A stretch of 60,885 nt of DNA, counting the filler, from Malassezia furfur (lineage: Eukaryota): assembly GCA_052055015.1 (NCBI GenBank). It is 11 parts of 11 records of this genome, joined end to end, with 100 filler letters (N's around TTAATTAATTAA, not from the genome) between each part and the next. Parts side by side here need not be neighbours in the genome. Positions count along the whole stretch, not along the records: positions 22,350 to 27,802 come from JBQJIT010000600.1; positions 27,903 to 33,346 come from JBQJIT010000601.1; positions 33,447 to 38,867 come from JBQJIT010000602.1; 8 more parts are not named here. The stretch is one strand, 5' to 3'. The position numbers and the translations under genes are program-made. The notes under the pieces were generated by a model. It saw only the letters and a program-made list of their open reading frames with translations. It was not told where the DNA came from and did not search any database. Of the stretch, positions 23,717 to 34,108 are shown in pieces. Each line of letters opens with the position of its first letter. Position 1 is the stretch's first letter.

Positions 23717-24430
23717 GGCGCACACGCGATACAACACACAAGAGGCGAGGAGACGTTGCGGCCGCCCGCCGCGTGCGCAAGACCACGTGGCATTCGGCCG
23801 ACGTAACGGTGTCGCCGTAGCGCCTCCACCGTGTCACGGCGGCGGCGGCGGCGGCGGCGGCGCCAGCAGGGTACGCGTCGGCGTGTCGCGCGCGCACGGT
23901 GCCTTGCACACGTCGGCCAATGAGCATAATCCGCTCACCGCCCCGGATCGGCGTACGACGCATGGCGCGGCGCCCATGGCACCGCGGCGCGTGAGAAACG
24001 ACCGGTGGATGTTGAATGAGCTTCTTCTCCACAGGTGGAGGCGTGGACGTGGGCGGCAGCGAGGCGCGTGTCGTAGGGCGTGTTGCCGTAGGTAGATGTT
24101 GCCAATTCATTTGTGGTGCAGCGTGATGGGCTACACGGTCACGGCGCCCCGGGGCTGTGGGCACGGCGCGGTGCGGGGTGCGTGCATGCACGCTGGGCGT
24201 GGAGTTTGGGCCCGCTACATAAAAGATCTGGCGCGCGCGCGCGGCTTGCGCTCCCGCCGTACGTAACGTCGCTGGTGTTGGGAGGGGTTCTGTACCGTCC
24301 GACAGGCAGTTGCTCTTTGATTGTACACCGCGCACCCTACGAGGGAGCGTTCTTTGTGGTACACCTTTGTGCTTCTTCGTCTACGTAAGTATTGACTAAC
24401 ATTTCCAGGAAACTCGCGCTGTGGGGAAAG

Positions 24431-26032
24431 ATGGCAGCGATTCAATCACCGTTCTTGCGCCTTCTGGCGCTGCTTCTGACCATGCCTGCGGCGATGGACC
24501 AGCTGCTTGGCACGTCGTCGAGCAGTGTGCTGGCTGCGCCGCTGAACGAGGCGAGCAACACGACGACGCCCGGCGTGTATGCGCCGTCGTTTGACGTGTA
24601 CTTGTCGCCGTCGGCGGGCCTGCAGCTGCCGCTCGCCTCGCGCGACGTGGAAGAGCGTGCGGTGGAGGACCCGTGGATGCATGTGCAGCAGCACCTGAAC
24701 CACGCGAAGCGTCGCTACGCGCAGGTCAATGACCTCCGTGTCCCGACGGACGACGACCTGCACGCGGCGATGCTCAAGCGTCGGTCGTGGGTGGAGAAGG
24801 AGTGGCTGCCGCTCCGTCGCCGCAACATGGAGGCCGCGGCAGAGGACGAGGAGACGGCGTCGACGCTGTCGGACCATGTTGCGCGCACGTCGGGCAAGAT
24901 GATGGGGATGGTGCGCCGTACCGGGAGCGGCAGTCATCTGCAGGCGCGCGGGGGCGGCGGCTACTCGTCGTCGGAGGCCAAAGCGGCCGAGCAGCACTCG
25001 GTCACGGATGCGCCCGACGTCTCTGCGTCGCACACGTCCGGCCTGGCCATCGAGGCGAACGACATCGGCTACTTTGTGCAGGTGCAGATCGGCTCGAACA
25101 ACGACAACTACAAGATGTTGGTCGATTCGGGCTCGGCGGACACCTGGGTCACGGGTAGCAGCTGCAGCAGCTGCGGTGGGTCGAGCCGGAACAAGCTGAG
25201 CACGTCCAACTCCAACTCGCTGAAAGTCAAAGGGAAGCAGCAGTACAAGATCTCGTACGGTACGGGCTCCGTCACCGTCGAGAAGGCGACTGACTCGATG
25301 ACGATCGCGGGGATGAAGCTGGACAACTTTGGCTTTGGTGTCGCGACGAAGGAGACGAACCAGTTTGGTGGGAGCAACATTCCGATCGACGGTCTGCTCG
25401 GTCTCGGCGGCGCGTCGCTGAGCACGACGAACCTCGACACGCCGATCCAGGCGCTGTACAGCAACAACAAGGTGTCGCAGCCGATTGTTGGGTACCGCCT
25501 GGGCCGCGTCGCGGACAACAACAACAAGGGCCAGATTACGTTTGGCGCCGTGGACGAGTCGCAGGTGTCGGGCAGCCTGCACCAGTTCAGCAACCAGAAC
25601 GACAACGGGTACTGGCAGATCCAGCTGGACTCGGTCAAGGTCGGCTCGAAGACCGTGTCGAGCTCGTCGACCTCGGCGACGCTCGACACGGGCACGTCGC
25701 TGATTGTGGCCCCGCAGGATGCGGCGGACGCGCTGCACAATGCGATCCACGGCGCCAAGTCGGACGGCCAGGGCGGCTACACGCTGCCATGCACGACTAA
25801 CAAGCAGCTTTCCTTCACGTTCTCGGGCCAGACATTCACGATGGATGCCCGGGATCTTCTCTTCTCGCCGGTGGACAGCAACAATTTGCAGGGCACGTGT
25901 GTGAGTGCCGTGTCGGCGGGTGACGCGAGCGGCAATGGCGGCTGGTTGCTAGGTGCGTCGTTCCTGAAGAATGTGTACTTTGCGACCAACGCCAAAACGA
26001 ACCAGGTGGCCCTGGGCAACTTGAACAACTAA
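24431..26032 (+). CDS. Secreted pepsin-like (A1) aspartic protease with long propeptide
   Basis: Hydrophobic N-terminus, dibasic sites, catalytic DSGS and DTGT motifs, ISYGTG flap, WLLGASFLKNVY. Confidence 0.92.
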   Translation: MAAIQSPFLRLLALLLTMPAAMDQLLGTSSSSVLAAPLNEASNTTTPGVYAPSFDVYLSPSAGLQLPLASRDVEERAVEDPWMHVQQHLNHAKRRYAQVNDLRVPTDDDLHAAMLKRRSWVEKEWLPLRRRNMEAAAEDEETASTLSDHVARTSGKMMGMVRRTGSGSHLQARGGGGYSSSEAKAAEQHSVTDAPDVSASHTSGLAIEANDIGYFVQVQIGSNNDNYKMLVDSGSADTWVTGSSCSSCGGSSRNKLSTSNSNSLKVKGKQQYKISYGTGSVTVEKATDSMTIAGMKLDNFGFGVATKETNQFGGSNIPIDGLLGLGGASLSTTNLDTPIQALYSNNKVSQPIVGYRLGRVADNNNKGQITFGAVDESQVSGSLHQFSNQNDNGYWQIQLDSVKVGSKTVSSSSTSATLDTGTSLIVAPQDAADALHNAIHGAKSDGQGGYTLPCTTNKQLSFTFSGQTFTMDARDLLFSPVDSNNLQGTCVSAVSAGDASGNGGWLLGASFLKNVYFATNAKTNQVALGNLNN

Positions 26033-26192
26033 CCGTGCGAATTTTGGTTTCGATTTTTCTTGCGTGTGTGTGTGTGTAAGTGCGGGGCGCTGACGCAGTT
26101 CCTTTTTCTCGTAGATAGCATGTTCGGATCCGCACTAGACAATGAATGCAGTTTTTTTTGTGTCTTACCCATCCTACGTGAGAGCACTACCA

Positions 26193-26940
26193 CTACTTGC
26201 GGCGCGACGCGGCGGCGGCCGCCTGGCGGCGCGTGCGCACCGTCGGCTGCTGCGGGAGCCACTCCTCGTGGTTGGCGGCGGCCGGCTTGGCGGGCTGCGT
26301 GGGCTGCGTGCGCTTGGCAGGCGCCTTCGGGCGCACGTACGCGGCAAGGTACTGGGTGTACACGAAGTAGGCGACGCCCGCGAGCGCTGCGGCCATCACC
26401 GCGTACACCGAGAGGAGCTGCACGTCGAAGAACGAGGGCGCAGGCTCCTCGACGACGACCGTGCCGCGGTACACCGGGAGGTTGTAGCGGCGCGTGTTGC
26501 CCTGGTCGAGCACCTTGACGCGGAACTCGACGTCGAGCGACTGCGGCTTGAACTCGGGGTAGAAGTCGAACGGCACCTGCACGGGGTGCGCCGCGGCGCT
26601 GGCGATCGGCACGGCCTTGAGGTGCGTCGTGGTCATCTGGGTGAGCGAGAGGGCGACGTACGTTGCGGAGCACGCGCCCGCGCTGGCCGTCGCGCTTGGC
26701 CGGGTTGAGGAACGCGCCGGTGATCTCCTCGAGCACCAGCGCGCGGTCGGCGCCCGGCGGGTGCGAGAAGGAGAACACGACGCGGTTCGGGCGGCCGTTC
26801 TGCACGAGCGAGAAGGGGTTGTCAGGGAAGGTGGTGATCACGTTGAGCTCGGGCGCCTCGTCGCCCGCGGCGGCGAGCGCGGCGGGCGCGAAGCCGAGCA
26901 CGGCGGCGGCAGCAGCACACAGCAGCGCAGGCAGGCGCAT
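26193..26940 (-). CDS. Translocon-associated protein alpha (TRAP-alpha/Irc22-like)
   Basis: Signal peptide, FPDNPF..NG..N, single C-terminal TM, EEWLP; 25-nt intron 26637-26661. Confidence 0.75.
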
Positions 26941-26986
26941 GGCGGAACAACAGAGGGAGGGGACGAACGTGGATGTGCTGACTCAG

Positions 26987-27802
26987 CTACGAAGGTGCGC
27001 CCTTTTTCGCGGGGCGTGCGGCGGCGGCGGCGGGCGCCTTGCGCTTCGCGGGCGCCGTGTCGCCCATCGCGTGGCGGAGCGCGTGGATCTCCTGGGCATA
27101 GGCGCGGTCGAAGGCGCGCGTCACCTCGATGATCCGCTCGTCGCCCGCGTTGAACGTGTACGAGTTGGAGAGCATCAGCTGGATATCGGCGTCGAGCGCG
27201 TCGATGCTGTCGTACTGGTCCGTGCGGAGCTTGTCGCTGATGAGCGACAGGTCGCGCGCGTTCTCGCGCGGGATCACGTCGAAGTAGTGCGGGATGCCGA
27301 GCGCCACGGGGTCGACCGCGTGCAGGAAGAGCGCGCCGCTCGGGAGCTGCTTGAGGCGCCCCATCATGCTCTGCAGCGCGCGCTTGTCCTGGTAGTCGAG
27401 CTTGCGCACCATCGCGCGGCTCCACTCGCGGCGCCACACCTTGCGCACCGCGGCCTCAAACTGGCGGGGGAGCGTCGTGGGCGGGTTGAACTGCCGGCAG
27501 TTGGCGAGCATCAGGCGCATGTCTGCGGCAAAGTCGCCCATCGTCGTGTATGCGCCGTCGCCCAGCTTGCGCTGGATGGTCGAGAGGTCCATGGGGTGCT
27601 TGATTTCGTCGTAGTACGTCGGCGCGCCGTCGCGCACGGGGTCGATGGGGTGCAGGAAGATGGCGGCCTCCTTCGTTTTGAGCACCGCCTGGAGCACCGC
27701 GCGCACCTTTTTGGGGTGCAGCGGCGTGGTGCCCTCGTCCGGGAGCACGGGGTCGAGGCTCGCGGCCTGCGCGTCGGCGGGGTCGATGTGCTCCGCGGGG
27801 GG
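26987..27802 (-). CDS. Tandem bromodomain protein, C-terminal fragment (possibly the end of basidiomycete Taf2)
   Basis: Two bromodomains: FLHPIDP..YYDEIKHPMDLSTI..NCRQFN and FLHAVDP..YFDVI..NSYTFN. Confidence 0.85.
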   Translation of the reverse strand, partial: PPAEHIDPADAQAASLDPVLPDEGTTPLHPKKVRAVLQAVLKTKEAAIFLHPIDPVRDGAPTYYDEIKHPMDLSTIQRKLGDGAYTTMGDFAADMRLMLANCRQFNPPTTLPRQFEAAVRKVWRREWSRAMVRKLDYQDKRALQSMMGRLKQLPSGALFLHAVDPVALGIPHYFDVIPRENARDLSLISDKLRTDQYDSIDALDADIQLMLSNSYTFNAGDERIIEVTRAFDRAYAQEIHALRHAMGDTAPAKRKAPAAAAARPAKKGAPS

Positions 27803-27902
27803 NNNNNNNNNNNNNNNNNNNNNNNNNNNNNNNNNNNNNNNNNNNNTTAATTAATTAANNNNNNNNNNNNNNNNNNNNNNNNNNNNNNNNNNNNNNNNNN
27901 NN

Positions 27903-28174
27903 AGGAGCCGCTGCCCGCCAAGATGGCCACCAACGAGGCGCACGCGGCGCGCTGGGCCGACGCTGGCGTGCGCCACATCGACTGGGAAAAGACATGGAAC
28001 GTCACCGAGCCGGACCTGTCGTTCGACACGCAGCCGGCGGGCACGCTGGCGACCGACGCGCCACAGGACGCGGCGACGACGTACATGTACTTCCGTCCGC
28101 CGCCGCAGGAGATGGCGCAGCTGCGCATGCGCCGCCGCAAGGTGACTGGCGCGGTGGGCGGCGGCGGCGGATAA
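27903..28174 (+). CDS. Unidentified protein, C-terminal fragment
   Basis: Frame open from the contig edge with coding-like codon usage; no family recognised. Confidence 0.55.
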
Positions 28175-28240
28175 GGGCCATAGGACTCCGGCCGTGCAGC
28201 GGTGCGATGGGGCGCGCCGTGCTAGGTCAATTTAGGGTAT

Positions 28241-31041
28241 CTACATCACGCTACAATCTTCGCGCACCTTGATGCCGTACAGCTCGCTGTCGACATTGCG
28301 CTCGATCGACTTGAAGTCGCTGCGCGAGCGCAGAAACTCGTACATGTCCTCGGAGCGCATCGTGCCGCCAGAGAGCGTCGCGTCGCGCACCATCTTGGCG
28401 AGCTCCTTGGGCTCCTCGACGATGTACAGGCTGCCGACGCGCTTCAGGGCGCCAAACACGGACGTGAGCGCGGGCTGCCGCAGCGTCACGACAAACGCAT
28501 AGTACGCGTTCAGATCGCTGATCACCTGGAAGCCGCCCGTGAGCGAAATGATCTGCCGCTTGAGATGCTTGCACAGCACCGCATACAGCCGGAATCCAAT
28601 TTCTTGGTAAAAGACGTCGAGCAGCGCCCTGTCCGTGCACGATGCAAGCAGGTCACAGTAGGTGCGCAGCGTCGCACAGCATTGCATACACGCGTGCGTC
28701 GGCTGCGCCACATCGATGGCCGCACCCGCCTCGGGGTAAAAGTCGCGTGGCTCCTGATGCGTCAGAACAATGTGCTCGACGTGCTGCACGAGCAGCTCGA
28801 CGCCCGCACTCATCCCCTGCGCGACGTGCTCGTCGAGGTCGTTTTCCATCTTCTTCTTCTCGCGCACCGCCGCATTCGTAAAATCAATCTTGCCGAGCAT
28901 CGGCGCCGCGACACGGTCGAAAAAGACCTGCATCATCTGCTGGATCGTGTCGCCGATCTGCACCAGCTCGAAGAAGAGCAGCAGCGGGCCGACATGCTCC
29001 GACGCATCGCGCGTGCTGCGCAATTCGGCGTCGTGCGCGGCAAAGTCGTATGTGCCAATCTCCTCGCGCGCCTTGCTAAAGCCCGGCTGAAAGTGGCCGT
29101 GGTTGATCGTGGAAAAGAGCGCCACGTTCACACGCACCGCCGCCGCCTGGATACGTACAGGGTCCAACGGACGTAGCGCCTCGAGTCGCTGCAATGCAAG
29201 GCGCACGATGTCCACCAGCTCGATCGCCGTGTCGAGCGACAGCATGGACGACATGACGTGTGGTGCCGGCGACGCACTCCGCGACGCGCCTGGAGACCTT
29301 GCGCGCGGCACTGCAGGCGACGCCGGCTGGGACGGCACCGTGAGCGTGGACGACGCCACGCGCGGGCGCACCGGCGTCTTGGTCGGCGACGCCTCCTCGT
29401 CCCACACCTCGTCGTCGTCCGCGCTGGGGACCGCACCGAGGCCTACGTACCCCTCGTGCTCGCTCGAGACGCGCTCCACACTCGCGCGCGGCGTGCCGTC
29501 GGTTCCGTCGCGAGGCAGCGACGCGGCACTCGCCGTGTGCGGCACCGACACGGCCGGTGTCAGCAGTGCGCTCTTAAATTTGGACAGGAACGAGCGCTTT
29601 TCGGCCGCAAGTTGCGTCGCCAGCGGCATGCTCGCCTCGCGGTGCGCCTGCACGGCACTCTCCAGCTGCGTCAGTGGGGGGACGTACGTTGCGCTGCCAC
29701 TTTTGGCACAGGTCGTCGAGCATGCCCTGCACCCACGTCGCCTCCGCCGCGAGATACGTATCGAGGTGTACGGCCCACACAGTGCCGAGCACCGCCTGTG
29801 CATCCGGGAGCGCGACGTGCGGGGCGGCATGCGCCACGGCCTCGGCGAGCGGCAGGAGCGCTGCGTAGGACCGCGCAAACGCCTCGAGGTAGACGTACGG
29901 CGAGTGTGCCTCGGCGTTCTGTAGAAGACCGTCGAAATAGTCGGTGATCTGCGTCAGTCTTGCCACGCACCAGATCGGATGCCAGCTTTTCAAAAAACAC
30001 CAGCTCGATGCCTTGAGCGTGCGGAAAGACGCGCTGCATCCGCGCGACTTCGTCCACGACGCGCGCCTCCAGGTGGTCTTCAAACGCCCGCACGGGCGCC
30101 TCGGTGAACGCCGTATCGCTCCGCTCGTAGAACTGGATGCACTTCTTGGGGTTGTGCGGTACCGGCTCGTGAAAGAGCGGGCACTCGGCCACGTACGCCG
30201 CTGCGACGCCGCTGCCGCCGCGTGCGTGCATTGCTGCTGCGCGGGGTGCCGGCGGGCCACGCGACTCGATGCCGAGCAGCGTTCCAAGCTCGCACAAACC
30301 CCACGCGAGGTGTGCATACCGCCGCATTCCGGCCTCGGCACCGTCGCGTCCTTGGGCGAGCTCGGCGACCTGCGCCAGAAAAGCGGTGCGCAGCTCCATG
30401 TCGAGGTAGCCAGCGGCGCTCGCAAGCTTGGCACGCACAATATCGTCAACCATGTCCGCTGGAACGCCATGTATGAGGCGCGACGCCATGCGCGCGAGGT
30501 TGTGCATCAGCGCACACTGCCCGTCGAGCGTCCGGACGTGGGGATGCGTAAAGAGCAGCGACGACGTGGTGCTCGGCACAGCAACGATGGACGCAAAAAA
30601 CGGGCGCAGCACACGGTACGCACGCTGCATACGGTCCGCGTACGGCCGCGCCTGCGTGGGTGCGTCGTCCAAGTCGCCCAGTAGGTCGACGACCGTCGAC
30701 GGCCGCTGCGTCGGCGGCGGCTTGGGTTGCGCGCGCGGCGCAGGCAGCGGCGGCGCAGGGCCGTCCAGCAACGCATCCGGCATACCTTCAATGGGACGCC
30801 ACGCAAGCCGGTCCCAACGCTTCTTCCAGAGGCGCTCGTCGCGCACGCGCGCCTGGAGCGCCTTGGACGCTTGCTCCACATGAGGAAGCGACGTAAGTGG
30901 GACATAGTCCAAGATCCGGAGCACGACCGCCGGTGGCACAGTTCCGATAGCCTCCTCCTCCTCCTCAGCCTGAAACAGCGGCACCGGGTCGCCCGCGTCC
31001 GGCTCCGCGCGCGTCGGGGCGAGCGAGGTCCAGCGGTCCAT
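28241..31041 (-). CDS. RCY1: Recyclin-1 (F-box plus Sec10-like domain)
   Basis: N-terminal F-box (VPPAVVLRILDYVP..LWKKRW); C-terminal FFELVQIGDTIQQM, GGFQVISDLNAYY, EDCSVM; 22-nt introns 29949-29970 and 29666-29687. Confidence 0.9.
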
Positions 31042-31170
31042 CACCGTGCCCTGCACGCGGCGTCGAGGTTTAGTCAGCCCCCGGCGCACGGTGGTGCGGT
31101 CAGGGCGAATTTCGTCTCTACGCCGCGGGTGGTTTGTATGCACGCGTTGGGTGTGCGTCGGGCGTGAAGC

Positions 31171-32041
31171 ATGACCATGGCGAATGCTTCTGCACGCACC
31201 CATCAGACACAGCAGGGACCAATGGCGAGCTTCCCGCCACCAGCGAGCGCGGCCGTCTATCGTGACCTGCTCATCTTTGAAGAGCGGCTTAAGCAGAACT
31301 CGGCACGGCTCAAGGCGCGCAAGAACAAGTACCAGAGTAAGTGGCATGCCTGACGCAGTGTTCCTGGGCCTATTGTGCGCAGTCATTATGACACTGGTGT
31401 ACTACGTGCTGTACCAGCCGTCCCAGGTACGTACGCCTCCCGAACGCCCCCTCACACCCAGCACTGGCTCCTGCATTATCTCCGCATCGGTCTCTTGATG
31501 GTGTGCTGCACGATGCTGTTCCTCTTCTTTGCAAGTGGTATCTACGCAGACCGCATCACTGCCGCAAAGAAGTGCGTCGCTCTACTGACTTAGTTTCGTG
31601 CCGCAGGCGAACCGCGCGCTTTGGACGTTCAATATGTACCTCAACATGCGCACCGTCTCTCGCCCTCCACGCTGGCTTGCGCCGCTGCTGTTCTGGCGCA
31701 AGACGTCGGCGTCACCGAGCGCAACGCCCTCACACATCCCCAATGAAAACGACACCGCATCGCTCGGGCCGCGCCGCCTGTTCCAGCGGCGCACACCCAT
31801 CCAGCCAATCCCCCCGACCCACAACGAGCGCGGCGAGATTATGTTCTCGTCGCGCGTGCATGCCAACTTCCGCGACGGCTACGAGCGGTACCGGAATGCA
31901 TTCGAGCGCAAGCGCAAGGAAAAGCTCGAGGCACAGCGACGGTCCCGGCCCTCGTGGTTCACGTTCCTCTGGTCCACCCCTGCGAAGCCCGCGCCGCCCG
32001 TCTCCGAGAAGGAGGCCGAGCGCCATGCCAAAGCCACATAG
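31171..32041 (+). CDS. SPO7: Spo7, regulatory subunit of the Nem1-Spo7 phosphatase
   Basis: YRDLLIFEERLK, two TMs, FFASGIY, FVPQANRAL..FNM, FRDGYERYR; introns 31337-31358 (22), 31427-31461 (35), 31572-31593 (22). Confidence 0.9.
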
Positions 32042-32084
32042 CCTGATACCCCCCACGTGACACGTGTTGTTGTGTTTCTCCACC

Positions 32085-33346
32085 ATGCGGGGACGCGGAC
32101 GGAGCGCCGTGAGTGCGTCGCGCTGGAAAGGCGTTGACGTGCTTGCGCACCTCGAGAAGAGCAAGCAGGCCGGCCAGCCGCGCGTGATGCGTGGCGGCGT
32201 CGCCCGGCTTAGCACGGGAAGCGGCGACAGCGCCATGAACGAAGACGATACCCTCCATGTCTGGCACGACGCCGATCTCCTTCCGAACGGTGCCGTGATG
32301 ATCTCCGCGCGCAAGGCGACGTTCGACGAGCGCTGGCCATACACGGGTCGGCGTGGGTGGCGGCCGACAAGCAACAAGGTATGTGTGCCACTGACGCAGC
32401 TCGCCGAAGCAGGATTCCACTTCACGCCGGGCAGCGGCGAAGACGACGGATGCACCTGCATTTACTGCGGCGTTGAGCTCGGAGGATGGGAACGCAGCGA
32501 TGATCCAATGTACGCCGCTCGTCTCACCCAGCCACGAACACCAGCGGCGGCGGCCGCAGTGCCCGTTTTTCCACTGCATCCTGGCCGATGCCCTTGACAA
32601 CAGCAGTCCTACCACGACGCCTGACGCATCCTCGCGCAACTCGGACATGCACAAGCGGTCACTCGACGATACAGACGCGTTAGACGACGAAGAGGCGCCG
32701 CGGGGGCGCAAGCGCGCAGCCGCTGGCGGCCGTCGAAAGGTACCTAGCCGCGTTGGCAGTCGGCAGCCTTCCGGCGATCACTTGAGCGACGAAGAGAGCC
32801 ACGAAGATGATGAAGAGGACGGAAGTGACGACGCATACGTGCCTGAGCATGAGGCAGTCGAGGACGTCGCTGCACCCGCAGCGACCGTCGAGGCACCGCC
32901 GACCGCCTTCGAAACGCACGTGCCAAGTCCCCCGGCGGAGGCCGACGACGACGTATCTGACGCGCCGACGACGCATGACCACGCGGATGCCGTGCCTGCT
33001 GATGCGGATGAGACATCCAAGTCGGCGCGTGTGTCTTCCGCCGGCGAATCGGTTGTCGAGACGCCGCTGGACGAGCCCGAGGCCGAGGCGGCCCCCGACG
33101 CCATGGAGGCGGCACCGAAGGCCTCCTCACCGGAGCCCGCGCCAGTGCCTGTGGCCACCGATGCATCATCCACATCACTGTCCTCGTCGCGCGCACCCCC
33201 TGTACGACCGACTCGCGCGCGCGCTGCCTCCAAGGCGAAAGCACGCGCGCCGTCACCGCCGGCCGCCGACGAAGACTCCGACAAGGAGGTCGAGCAGATG
33301 CCCGACCTCCGTGTTGCGCATCCCGACATGCCCCTGATTGACGACT
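32085..33346 (+). CDS. BIR1: BIR-domain protein (Bir1/survivin-like), 3'-truncated
   Basis: RKATF..WP..LAEAGFHF..CIYC..LGGWE..DDPIHEH..CPFF after removing introns 32379-32399 (21) and 32510-32531 (22); start 32085 or 32235. Confidence 0.85.
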
Positions 33347-33624
33347 NNNNNNNNNNNNNNNNNNNNNNNNNNNNNNNNNNNNNNNNNNNNTTAATTAATT
33401 AANNNNNNNNNNNNNNNNNNNNNNNNNNNNNNNNNNNNNNNNNNNNTCCCACTGCGGCAGGCGTGCGTATGTATGCTAGAGGAATTTTTCTCTCATCCTA
33501 TCACATTGCTTGGTCAGTAACTGGCCTGTGAATGCGTGTTTCAACGGATTGGTTGGGGGAGAAGTGGCACGGGTGACCCGGATGTGGGGTAATCTTGCCC
33601 ATCGTTGACGCCCACGACTCGACC

Positions 33625-34040
33625 ATGACATCGTTTGGGTGGCTCGGTCACAAGTCAGACTTCTCTACGCTAGGAATAGACGATGCGCTCCTGCGCTGGC
33701 CTATGCTCGGCGCCCAGTTCGCCCTCGCGGTGATTATCCACGGCTTCCAATTTTTCGCCGCGTTCGCCATGTTCCCTATTGCGTTGTTTGTGGTCATGGA
33801 ACTGTCCGGATACTTTGTCCTGCTGACAACGGGTATGCTACACATCTTTCTCACACAGGCGTACGTCATAAAGAGCGCGATGAAGCAGAGAAGCAGGCTT
33901 TGCGGCAGTCCGCACGACCAAGCTCCAAGGAGGGTGCCCCCCTGGTCTCCTCTACCTCGCTCGATTCGGCACGGGGGGCAATGTCCGACGTTCCGATCGA
34001 GAATACATTGCGCAATCGCGCAATCGCAACTGGCGTGTAG
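33625..34040 (+). CDS. Small hypothetical membrane protein
   Basis: Hydrophobic first exon; a 26-nt GTATGC..CTCACACAG intron at 33833-33858 joins it to a hydrophilic tail ending at 34040. Confidence 0.55.
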
Positions 34041-34108
34041 CTTACACGGCCAACGACTTATGAATCGTATATCCTGATTGCTATAGTCTACATTTTCGCA
34101 TCCTAGTG

